Below, one piece after another: positions 1 through 7,705 of a stretch of 42,350 bases of DNA. The stretch covers positions 1 to 42,350 of the IMG/VR virus record IMGVR_UViG_3300030361_000008; one strand, written 5' to 3'. The notes beneath the pieces are model-generated. The model was not told where the DNA came from. It was given only the letters and a program-made list of their open reading frames with translations, and ran no database searches. The DNA is from a virus. Its lineage: Duplodnaviria > Caudoviricetes. Numbering within the stretch: the stretch's first letter is position 1; each line of letters opens with the position of its first letter. Made by a program: the position numbers and the translations under genes.

Positions 1-360
1 TTTGGTTTGTTCGACGTCGACGGCTTAAGCATTGCGGGCGTTGCGACTTCGGACGTAAACGTGCCGAGCGTAACAGGCGGATCAGACGTTGACGGTTTGA
101 GCGCCGGCGGATCGGTTGCGTCAGAAAGCGGACCGCCCGCCGTGTTTGGTTTGTTCGACGTTGACGGCTTAAGCATTGCGGGCGTTGCGACTTCGGACGT
201 AAACGCGCCGGGTGTTATAGGCGGATCAGACGTTGACGGTTTGAGCGTGTCGGGCCTTTTCGCGGGTATATCATTGGATTTCGGGATCTCGCCGGTGAAT
301 CGGCTAGACGTTAGGCAACGATCTAATATAATCTACATTAAACACAAAGAGGGTTTTTAA
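1..360 (+). CDS. 3' part of repeat-containing fibre/receptor-binding protein (continues from 41658-42350)
   Basis: Frame 1 is open from base 1 and carries the same DVDGLSIAGVATSDVNAPGV repeats as the open frame at the window end. Stop at 358-360. Confidence 0.85.
   Translation, partial: FGLFDVDGLSIAGVATSDVNVPSVTGGSDVDGLSAGGSVASESGPPAVFGLFDVDGLSIAGVATSDVNAPGVIGGSDVDGLSVSGLFAGISLDFGISPVNRLDVRQRSNIIYIKHKEGF
10..250 (+). repeat. 72-bp (24-aa) tandem repeat with alternating A/B units (144-bp higher-order unit)
   Basis: (T/TC)GACGT(C/T)GACGG cores start at 10, 82, 154 and 226. The same unit occurs at 42261 and 42333. Confidence 0.93.
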
Positions 361-361
361 A

Positions 362-709
362 ATGCCAACATTAAACGCAGCGGCGACACTAGCACGCGCC
401 GACAACTTAGCCGCTGATTTCGCAGCGGGAACGATCGTAGTTTCAGAGGGTGCGACGGTACTCGCTACGCACCCGATCGCGTCGTGGGCGACGTCTAACA
501 GCGGCGCAGACGCCGACGCCGTCCCGACGGTTTCAGACGTGAACGCCAGCGCTACGGGCACCGCCGACAAAGTCGAACTAGTCGCGGGTGGTTTACGTTA
601 TGACATTACCGACGTTGTGACCATTACACAGCCGGAGTACATACAGGGTCAAAACGCTACCGTTCCGTCGTTAGGCTTCGGTTTTAACTCAGTTATACCG
701 GCCGTCTAA
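362..709 (+). CDS. Small Ala/Thr/Val-rich virion fibre-associated protein
   Basis: 115 aa, beta-rich composition, directly after the fibre gene. Confidence 0.6.
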   Translation: MPTLNAAATLARADNLAADFAAGTIVVSEGATVLATHPIASWATSNSGADADAVPTVSDVNASATGTADKVELVAGGLRYDITDVVTITQPEYIQGQNATVPSLGFGFNSVIPAV

Positions 710-711
710 TC

Positions 712-987
712 ATGGCGGGGGTTTGGGATAGGCCGCTGAAAGTCGGCAAAGTCGGCCACTATGCGATCTATGAGGATCCGAAGTGGCTCGGAGAATCGTC
801 GATCGTTAGCGCTACGGCTACCGCAGACCCCGCCGACGTTCGCGTGGTTAACACCGTGGCGAATGACGATCATATTATCGTATTTTTAGAGGGCATAGCG
901 CCGGGTTTCCATAAAGTGCGTATTGATTACACGATCGGCACAGGGTCGACTGAAAGATGCATCGGCACCGTGAAAGTTGTCGCATAA
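712..987 (+). CDS. Putative fibre-to-virion adaptor (small Ig-like beta-sandwich)
   Basis: 91 aa with alternating beta pattern (W-L...I.S, IVFLEG, VRIDYT); genomic context. Confidence 0.5.
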   Translation: MAGVWDRPLKVGKVGHYAIYEDPKWLGESSIVSATATADPADVRVVNTVANDDHIIVFLEGIAPGFHKVRIDYTIGTGSTERCIGTVKVVA

Positions 988-1016
988 AAACAAAAATCTG
1001 AACGGAGGCGCGTTAA

Positions 1017-1379
1017 ATGGGGTTCGATGCAAAAAGCGTAATTTATGGCGCAATGATCACCGCGACGGTTGCGGGCGTAGTTGGTATGTTTTTCGCACGT
1101 CTTAAAAAGTCGGCCCCGATCAGCGAGGCAGAAGCGCAGAAGATCGCAGACGCCGCCGCCGAGAAAATGGGCGAACAGCTTCGAAAAGAGTGCGCCGCAC
1201 AGCACATTGAGATAAAAAAGACAATCGAAGCCGCAGCGAAAGCCAGCGATAAAAGGGACGACGAAGTGCGCGCAGACTTTCGTCGGATGGGCGAAACCAT
1301 GCTCGCGGCGGTGAACAAACAAGATGCGCGGCTAACGGAACTAACCATGCACCTTTTACAACAAAGGGCAGAAAAATGA
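1017..1379 (+). CDS. Holin/antiholin-like membrane protein (one N-terminal TM helix plus cytoplasmic coiled coil)
   Basis: SVIYGAMITATVAGVVGMFF followed by RLKK. GGAGG RBS upstream. First gene of the lysis cassette. Confidence 0.6.
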   Translation: MGFDAKSVIYGAMITATVAGVVGMFFARLKKSAPISEAEAQKIADAAAEKMGEQLRKECAAQHIEIKKTIEAAAKASDKRDDEVRADFRRMGETMLAAVNKQDARLTELTMHLLQQRAEK

Positions 1380-1828
1380 CAACCGTTTTACTCGTAGACG
1401 ACGACGTCATAAGTTTAGAAGTTTTAGCCGAGGCGTTGAAAGACGAGGGGTACGAAGCCGTCGCAGTAAGTGACCCCGAAACAGCCATACAAACCGCTTT
1501 AGAGATAAAGCCGGATTTTATAATTATCGACATAGTTATGCCCAATAAGTCAGGGCTTGAATTGTGCCGAGAGTTTAAGCTGAACCCGTTAACGCGTGAA
1601 ATTCCAATCATGTTTCTAAGTTCTTCGGAAGACCTCAACCACGCGATCGCCTCGCTTCATTTGGGTTGTGTCGATTACCTAAGAAAGCCGATCCGAGCGT
1701 CGCAACTTAGCGACGTTATCAGAAAGCACGACGTTATCCGCGAGATCTCAAAAGTGTGGCAATGCGCCCGCCGTGAATTGGAAACCATACTGGACAAATA
1801 CCGCCATGAAGAAAAGCGAAATAATTAA
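1376..1828 (+). CDS. Single-domain response regulator (CheY-like receiver) with a short C-terminal helix
   Basis: VLLVDDD (D8-D10), phosphoacceptor D52 in DIVMP, SGLELC, S82, Y101 and K104-P are all present. No output domain. Confidence 0.95.
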   Translation: MTTVLLVDDDVISLEVLAEALKDEGYEAVAVSDPETAIQTALEIKPDFIIIDIVMPNKSGLELCREFKLNPLTREIPIMFLSSSEDLNHAIASLHLGCVDYLRKPIRASQLSDVIRKHDVIREISKVWQCARRELETILDKYRHEEKRNN

Positions 1829-2303
1829 GCGCATTATCGAACGCGAGGGGGGTTTCTCAGATCACCCGAACGACACCGGAGGCGCGACCCGCTACGGCGT
1901 AACCGAAAAGACCGCGCGCCGCCACGGCTATGAGGGCGACATGGCCGATCTACCGTATGAGTTCGCAGTAAAAGTATATTCGAATGAAAAGTGGGACGTG
2001 GTCAACGCCTCAAAACTTCCCGTTAACGTCCGCGAGCAAGTCGTCGATTTTTGTGTATTAGCCGGCCCGTTTCAAGCCGGGCGCGCACTACAACGCGCGA
2101 TTAATGTTTTCGGCGCACAGATAAAAGAAGACGGGATCGTCGGAAGTAAGACCGCAGCGGCCGCAAAAGAGGCAGATCCGGACGCGTTACCCGTTGCGCT
2201 TCGGTCTTTCATAGCACAATATTTTATTGCACTAGCTAGGACGCGACCCGCTAACCGCGCGTTTATAGACGGTTGGCTTTCAAATAGGGTAGAACTAAAA
2301 TGA
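1806..2303 (+). CDS. Endolysin, glycoside hydrolase family 108 with C-terminal peptidoglycan-binding domain
   Basis: EGGFSDHPNDTGGATRYGVT motif, DGIVGSKT and F..GW.NR C-terminus. ATG at 1806 is preferred over TTG at 1773. Confidence 0.93.
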   Translation: MKKSEIIKRIIEREGGFSDHPNDTGGATRYGVTEKTARRHGYEGDMADLPYEFAVKVYSNEKWDVVNASKLPVNVREQVVDFCVLAGPFQAGRALQRAINVFGAQIKEDGIVGSKTAAAAKEADPDALPVALRSFIAQYFIALARTRPANRAFIDGWLSNRVELK

Positions 2304-2527
2304 AACTATTTTTACTTAAAGTGCTGAAAAACCTCGGCGCGGCTTTCCTCACAGAAAAAATGGCAATTTGGGGCGCTCGCATGGCCGCCAGCTTTACCAC
2401 CAACAAGATCGACGACAATGTCGTGAACCTTATCGCGGCGGCGTCGGCTAACGACCCCGAGGCAATGAGAAAGGCGATCGAAGCAATCGCCAACGAGATC
2501 AAGACCAAGGACGGCCAAGGCGTCTAA
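2300..2527 (+). CDS. Small amphipathic lysis-associated protein
   Basis: ATGA overlap with endolysin stop. Cationic amphipathic N-terminus MKLFLLKVLKNLGAAFL and TTNKIDD motif. Confidence 0.65.
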   Translation: MKLFLLKVLKNLGAAFLTEKMAIWGARMAASFTTNKIDDNVVNLIAAASANDPEAMRKAIEAIANEIKTKDGQGV

Positions 2528-2825
2528 GTTCAACCGGGCGGCCTTTTTTCTTGGCGTCTTCCACCCCGGCACGCATACCCGAAGACCAGCCGAGATCGGT
2601 ATACACTACCGTTTTCTCGGCGACGTCTCGCCACTCAAAACCCAACGAAATACCGAGCGCCCTTTCGGCGGCGTTGTCGTCGTCCAGCACGCCGGGTTGT
2701 GTTAAAAGACCGTGAGATGCGTAAGGGCTTTCTTTACGCATCACACAGTCGCGCATTGCGGCGCGCAGATACTTAAGGTTTTTCTTAACGTCGCCCGCGT
2801 AGGGGCTTTCAATAATTACTCGCAT
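2499..2825 (-). CDS. DUF4406-like / nucleoside 2-deoxyribosyltransferase-like fold protein
   Basis: IESPYAGD...SPYASH...LDD...ER..G...VVY.D.G.S.GM pattern. Confidence 0.7.
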   Translation of the reverse strand: MRVIIESPYAGDVKKNLKYLRAAMRDCVMRKESPYASHGLLTQPGVLDDDNAAERALGISLGFEWRDVAEKTVVYTDLGWSSGMRAGVEDAKKKGRPVELRRLGRPWS

Positions 2826-2857
2826 GTTCTACACTCTATTTGCGTTTTTGCTAATGT

Positions 2858-2884
2858 GAGCGCCACGGACGGCGCGCTCTTTTT
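2858..2884 (+). terminator. Possible intrinsic terminator for the late transcript
   Basis: GAGCGC...GCGCTC stem followed by TTTTT. Confidence 0.45.
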
Positions 2885-2887
2885 AGT

Positions 2888-3451
2888 TTAAAACGTCTTC
2901 CCGTGGGCCTTAGCCCTTTCTGATCGTTTATGGTCAAGGCGGTTTTTGTTGTACGCCAGCTTTTCTTCTAACGCCCCGAATAAATCGTAGTCGTTCCGCT
3001 CGGCCACAAAAATAATACTGTCTACTAAGATCTGACAAGGTATGTGTAAGTGCGCGGTAAAAGGTGCAGCTTCATTTTTAACGCCGGAGAATTCTCGCGC
3101 AAAGTCTACGAGCGCCGCGTTTATTCCTAGGTGTTGCGCCCCGATCGAGTCTTCCTCACAAAACGCGTTTACGTTCGCGCCCGCTTTTTTCGGGTCGTAT
3201 TCAATGTTAAAACGCCCGGCAACGTCTAACGTACGGATCAGCGCGTCGGCCAGTTCTACCTCGCCCATTTTGCGATCGGGCAGGTGGTCGTCGTTAAGGT
3301 CTTTGCGTTCGCCCTCGGTCGCCTCGGCTACCTCAGTGCTAACAAGCTGCAAGGTTTGTAAAATGCAACGGTTTGGATCGTCCCACCAGCCGACCGCTTT
3401 ATTTTGTTCGTAGATGCGTTTCGCGAGTTCGTTTAAATTAATGTTTTGCAT
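2888..3451 (-). CDS. MazG-like nucleoside triphosphate pyrophosphohydrolase
   Basis: EVAEATE...EVELADALIR motif and EEKLAYNKNR C-terminus. Confidence 0.82.
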   Translation of the reverse strand: MQNINLNELAKRIYEQNKAVGWWDDPNRCILQTLQLVSTEVAEATEGERKDLNDDHLPDRKMGEVELADALIRTLDVAGRFNIEYDPKKAGANVNAFCEEDSIGAQHLGINAALVDFAREFSGVKNEAAPFTAHLHIPCQILVDSIIFVAERNDYDLFGALEEKLAYNKNRLDHKRSERAKAHGKTF

Positions 3452-3752
3452 GGTCTTCTGTTCCTATTGCGTTTTCGATTGCTTGAACAAAACGGGCGGC
3501 ACTTTCACCGAACGACGCCGCGTTCGTTTGCTTATAGCCGGCCGTATGGATTTGATCGAGGGTGCGCTTAACTTGGCCTTTAAAGGCTTTTTCGTTTGGC
3601 GCATTGCGACATATCGCTGCAGCGACTAACGCCGACGCCGTCGCGATAATGTGAACCACGTCGCCGGGTTTCTTCGTCTCGCATAGCTTAAGGGCTAGGC
3701 CGACCGCCTCGGCGTTTAGTTTGTTAAGGTGTTTTAAGACTTCGTCGTCCAT
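3438..3752 (-). CDS. Hypothetical protein
   Basis: Tightly packed ORF in the leftward operon. Confidence 0.65.
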   Translation of the reverse strand: MDDEVLKHLNKLNAEAVGLALKLCETKKPGDVVHIIATASALVAAAICRNAPNEKAFKGQVKRTLDQIHTAGYKQTNAASFGESAARFVQAIENAIGTEDHAKH

Positions 3753-4024
3753 TCTAAGATCCTCGTTTTGTCTTCTTCGATTTCGTTTATGATTTTAGCG
3801 AACGTTTTAAACGCCGCCGGGTTAGCGACCAAGTGTTCGCCGAGTTCGTCGAACCGTTCCGGGTCGGGTATCGCCTCGGCCGCCTCGCTTACTAGGTCGA
3901 CGGCTTCGGTTACACGTTCGAGACATTCGATCAGGTCTTCGCGAAAGTTCGGGCCGTACGGTGCCGCGTCTTCGCCGTACTTCACCGACTCGATCAGCCT
4001 CGCGATCTTTTGGCTTAAGTTCAT
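3734..4024 (-). CDS. Hypothetical protein
   Basis: ATG at 4024 forms an ATGA overlap with the upstream stop; acidic helical protein. Confidence 0.65.
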   Translation of the reverse strand: MNLSQKIARLIESVKYGEDAAPYGPNFREDLIECLERVTEAVDLVSEAAEAIPDPERFDELGEHLVANPAAFKTFAKIINEIEEDKTRILEWTTKS

Positions 4025-4278
4025 TTTGTGCGCTCCCACTTAAATTCACTCAGCGGCAAGGCGTCGCGCAGTTCGGAGAACTTCCAGTCGGGCGCGCCGG
4101 GGTGTGTGAAGTGAATGATCCACGGCTCGCCGCGCCGGTCGCGTTCGTTGTGCATTTCAACGCCGCACGGCTCGCCGTCTAGACAAACCTCGAACGACTG
4201 GCGGGCGAGTCCGCCCGAGCCGTCTACAAAAGCCGAGGGTTTTAGCTCTATTTTAGTTTCATCGGTGATCGTCTTCAT
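4021..4278 (-). CDS. Hypothetical protein
   Basis: Follows the polymerase stop by 6 nt. Confidence 0.65.
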   Translation of the reverse strand: MKTITDETKIELKPSAFVDGSGGLARQSFEVCLDGEPCGVEMHNERDRRGEPWIIHFTHPGAPDWKFSELRDALPLSEFKWERTK

Positions 4279-4284
4279 TGTCGG

Positions 4285-6762
4285 TTAGTCCTTTTGATAG
4301 CGTTCATGTTCCCACCCGTCGGCTTTAATCGGCCACCACGACGCCCACGCGGGACGCTCGGACATTATCGCCGCCATTTCTTGCCACGACCCGCGCCCGT
4401 GTTCCACTTCGGCGATTATTTCGTCGTGCGTGTGCATTACGACGGGATAACCGGCGCGCTCGACGCGTACCAGTGCTTCGGCTTGAATATCCGCCGCGAC
4501 GGCTTGCGTAACGTTTTCAGCCAGTCGGCCGCCGTACGTGTCTTTTACAATCCAGCCGATCGGGCCTTTTTGTGAATTGGTGTTATAGCCCTCGAACGTG
4601 ATTTTTACACACGGGCCGCGCTTCAACTTGTCTTCGTCCGGGATCAGCTTCGGGCGGTGGTAATGAAGAAAACGCCCCGATGGCAGTCGTAAATAAAGCA
4701 CGTCGGCGCGCTTATCATAAGCCATTGTGATCGGGCCAACGTCGTAATATTTGCCGGGGTTGCGTACCGCTGCAATAAAAGCGCCCTCTAAGCCGAACAA
4801 CTCGGGGACCGCGTCCCACGGTTTCGGGCCTATTTGTCGGAACTGGCCGCCCCAAAACTCGACGATCTCGGGCGAGGCTTCGCGCCACTTAACGATCAGT
4901 TGTTTAAGTTCGTCGTCGGATTGTGTCGCGCCGAACGCTTTCCACGCGCCTATCCAACCGCCGTAACCGCTCGCCAACTCGGCCACCTTACCGACTTTTT
5001 TCCGATCGGGGTGGTGCGTGCCGTTTTGTTTCTTATAGCCTAAGTAATACTCAAGTGAATTGCCGGTAATGGCCGCCGCGCTCATTTCGTATATTTTGCC
5101 ATGCGTTGCGAATACGTCGATCCGCCATTGGCACCCGGAGAGGCACGCGAGGACGACAGCCTCGATCGCCGAGAAGTCGCAGCAGACCAGCCGCGTATTT
5201 TCCCGCGCTTTAAACAGTCCGCGCAAACAGCCGGTTATTGTTTCGACCGCGTCAACCCACAAGCCCGCGAATAAATCCGGCTTATCGTAATAACGGTTTA
5301 TGTCTTCGATAGCCGCGACCATTGGGTCGATCAGCCAGTCAACAAGCGGGGTATTATCGGATCCGCATTCCGGGCACGCGTTCGGGTGTTCAAGTGTTTT
5401 TATGCCGTCGCCAAAGTAGCGGCCGCAATCGTCGCAGCGGCGCGTCTTCGGCCCTTTCGCGGTCAGGTTTTGCAACTGAACGCCACCCGCAGACCATCGG
5501 CCTGTCTGATCCGCGCCGCAATACATATACTGATCGCGCAGCCGGTTGTCGGAACTAAGCGAGCGGTCAAGGCTGAAAAGCTTTTTAATATTGGCACCGG
5601 CGAGCGCTTGGCGTATCTGCAGCACGCGTTCAACTTTACCGCCTCGAAATTGTGCGAACTTCGGCGCGTCGTCGTAGTCGACCGGGTGAACGTTGACCAA
5701 CTCGCCCGACATAATTTTTACGGACTTGTCGATTTTCTGCAGACGTCCCTCGATTGTCTCGGCCTTAACGTCGGCGATCGGTAAGCCTTGCCCGTTTAAC
5801 CATTCGCACATTTTAGCGGTTTCACCGACCGAGCCGACCGCGCCGCCGGTTATCTGGCCGAGTTCGATTGTCAGACGCTTTTCGGTTTCGTTGTAAAGAT
5901 GTAAACAGCGATCCAGCGTTACCCGGTCGACGAGTACGCCGCGCGCGTTTATGCGCTGGTCCGTGATCCACGTTGCGCGCTCGTAGTCGGACATATCCGG
6001 CAAATGCGCCGCGACCATATCTTCGGCCGTTACGTCTTGCCCGCAATACGAATACAGGCGTTTAAATTCTTCGGGGTGCGTCCAAGGCAAGCGGCGGAAC
6101 TCGGGCCGGGTTTTGGTCGGTTTGTGCGGGCGGGTCAATTGCTGGATCAGTTGTTTACCGTCTTTTTGCTTGCCCTCTAAACCTAGCACTTTCGAACACG
6201 TCGCCAGCGACCCGGGCATAGAGAAACGGCGAGCGCGAGCCATGACGCAGACGCCACGGTCGAACGAGATAGGCGGCCAGCCGTAACGGCGCACGCATAC
6301 CATGTTCCAGATCCACCACTCAAAAGTGAAGTTAAACGCCTCTAACCACCCGCCGTTCTTAACGTGTTCGAGTAAGTCGGTCGGCTCGGGTGTTAATCCG
6401 GGGATAAAACCGCGCACGCCTCGGCCGTCCTTGAGGTCGTAATACAGACATAAAACCTCCGTGGTCGGGTGTTCGGCATAAACGGGCGTTCCCACGACGG
6501 GGAGGCCGCCCTTACTATTTGCGCCAATGCCCCGAACCGTTTTTGTTATCGGGTCGACGGTGAAACCGGCCTCGCTGTACGTCTCGAAGTCTAACGAGGG
6601 GCGAACCGTTGACGGGTACGCGCCAAGGCTTCGAATTTGCGTACCGTCCGGGATCTCATGTGGCTCCACTTCGTAAACGTGATCCCAGTCCGGGCCTGTC
6701 ATTTGATCCGGGTTAGTGACAAAAGTGCAATTACTTTCCGGGTGGTGAACTATGACGCCCAT
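4285..6762 (-). CDS. polA: Family A DNA polymerase with 3'-5' exonuclease domain (APSE/SPO2-like)
   Basis: ExoI LDFETYS, TGRWS..VQLQNL, motif A DFSAIE, motif B GKVAELASGYG, motif C HTHDEII. Confidence 0.95.
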   Translation of the reverse strand: MGVIVHHPESNCTFVTNPDQMTGPDWDHVYEVEPHEIPDGTQIRSLGAYPSTVRPSLDFETYSEAGFTVDPITKTVRGIGANSKGGLPVVGTPVYAEHPTTEVLCLYYDLKDGRGVRGFIPGLTPEPTDLLEHVKNGGWLEAFNFTFEWWIWNMVCVRRYGWPPISFDRGVCVMARARRFSMPGSLATCSKVLGLEGKQKDGKQLIQQLTRPHKPTKTRPEFRRLPWTHPEEFKRLYSYCGQDVTAEDMVAAHLPDMSDYERATWITDQRINARGVLVDRVTLDRCLHLYNETEKRLTIELGQITGGAVGSVGETAKMCEWLNGQGLPIADVKAETIEGRLQKIDKSVKIMSGELVNVHPVDYDDAPKFAQFRGGKVERVLQIRQALAGANIKKLFSLDRSLSSDNRLRDQYMYCGADQTGRWSAGGVQLQNLTAKGPKTRRCDDCGRYFGDGIKTLEHPNACPECGSDNTPLVDWLIDPMVAAIEDINRYYDKPDLFAGLWVDAVETITGCLRGLFKARENTRLVCCDFSAIEAVVLACLSGCQWRIDVFATHGKIYEMSAAAITGNSLEYYLGYKKQNGTHHPDRKKVGKVAELASGYGGWIGAWKAFGATQSDDELKQLIVKWREASPEIVEFWGGQFRQIGPKPWDAVPELFGLEGAFIAAVRNPGKYYDVGPITMAYDKRADVLYLRLPSGRFLHYHRPKLIPDEDKLKRGPCVKITFEGYNTNSQKGPIGWIVKDTYGGRLAENVTQAVAADIQAEALVRVERAGYPVVMHTHDEIIAEVEHGRGSWQEMAAIMSERPAWASWWPIKADGWEHERYQKD

Positions 6763-6998
6763 TACTGATCCTTATCCGCCACGCGGCGGTCTGTCATTGC
6801 GTCGGCAAAGTCGCCGCGTTTATCGTCGTAATACCACGACCCGCCGTGGAGGTCGTCGAGTTCGTCGCAGCGTTTAGCGCGTCGTTTTTCTTCGCGCTTG
6901 CGTGCTTCGGAGTCGCCCAAAAATAAAAGCCATGTGACCAAGGCCGACGCACAAAGCGCCATAAACACAACGGCGAAGTTTAAAATTATTTCTGTCAT
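6762..6998 (-). CDS. Small single-pass membrane protein
   Basis: N-terminal hydrophobic stretch IILNFAVVFMALCASALVTWLLFL followed by a charged tail. Confidence 0.7.
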   Translation of the reverse strand: MTEIILNFAVVFMALCASALVTWLLFLGDSEARKREEKRRAKRCDELDDLHGGSWYYDDKRGDFADAMTDRRVADKDQ

Positions 6999-7000
6999 AG

Positions 7001-7102
7001 TTACCGCCCCGTATAGCTGTAATCGTCAGAGGATAGCGCAGGGACGCGAGAAACGGCACGCGCTAGGCCGATTAATAGAACAAGTCCGATAATTTCTAAC
7101 AT
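7001..7102 (-). CDS. 33-aa hydrophobic peptide (not in ORF track)
   Basis: MLEIIGLVLLIGLARAVSRVPALSSDDYSYTGR exactly fills the gap between the exonuclease and the membrane protein genes. Confidence 0.55.
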   Translation of the reverse strand: MLEIIGLVLLIGLARAVSRVPALSSDDYSYTGR

Positions 7103-7665
7103 ACGCGGCCCGCCTTTTTCATCATTGCGCGTATGGTTTGCATTGTATAGCGCGCTTGGTGGCGAGCGTCGTCGATAGCAGCGTGGCGGACGCCATCGAA
7201 CGGCAAAACGTTTTTAAAGTCCGGCAGGGTGCAAAGTTCGCCCAACTCTACGATCGTTCGCACGTCGCGCTCGTTCCAAAATTCCCACGGCACCGCGTAC
7301 CCGTGGCGCTCAAACATGCGCTTGATTTTCGTTAAGTCGAACGTTGCACCATTGCCCCAAATACGGAAATCGTCGTAAAAGTTCCGCAGGTATCGGTCCA
7401 ACTTCGCCACGGCTTCGGCTTCGCTCATAACGACTTTAGGGCGAAAAACACGGGCTTGTGCTTCGGGCGATTGTTCGCTCCACCATTTAACGGTTTTAGG
7501 GCATATCGTCCCGGCGCTTGTACTCGCGTCGATAACAACCTCGATCCCGGGGATCTCTTTCATATCGGTTTTAATGCCGTAAAGCGCGACGCTTAATATT
7601 TTGGCATCGTCGCCCGTGTCGAGTGCTTCGAGGTCTGCAAAAATGTGAACGGGTAGTCTATCCAT
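7096..7665 (-). CDS. DEDD 3'-5' exonuclease (DUF5051/Rv2179c-like)
   Basis: HIFADLEAL, WGNGATFD, PWEFWNERDVRT and HAAIDDA motifs. Likely start is ATG at 7665. Confidence 0.88.
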   Translation of the reverse strand: MDRLPVHIFADLEALDTGDDAKILSVALYGIKTDMKEIPGIEVVIDASTSAGTICPKTVKWWSEQSPEAQARVFRPKVVMSEAEAVAKLDRYLRNFYDDFRIWGNGATFDLTKIKRMFERHGYAVPWEFWNERDVRTIVELGELCTLPDFKNVLPFDGVRHAAIDDARHQARYTMQTIRAMMKKAGRVC

Positions 7666-7693
7666 AACAGAAACAACCCGGCTTAACGCCGGG
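7666..7693 (-). terminator. Intrinsic terminator/attenuator after the SSB gene
   Basis: Minus strand CCCGGC-GTTAA-GCCGGG followed by TTGTTTCTGTT. Confidence 0.55.
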
Positions 7694-7705
7694 CCGCCTT
7701 TCGTT

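Noticed and set aside
1017-1379. Cognate histidine kinase for the response regulator
   Set aside because: No H-box or HATPase N/G1/F/G2 motifs in 120 aa. Two His residues exist but do not support a kinase or HPt call.
2888-6762. Z-base or 7-deazaguanine DNA modification system (MazG plus polymerase)
   Set aside because: No PurZ, DatZ, DpdA, FolE or QueC/D/E-like genes were recognised.
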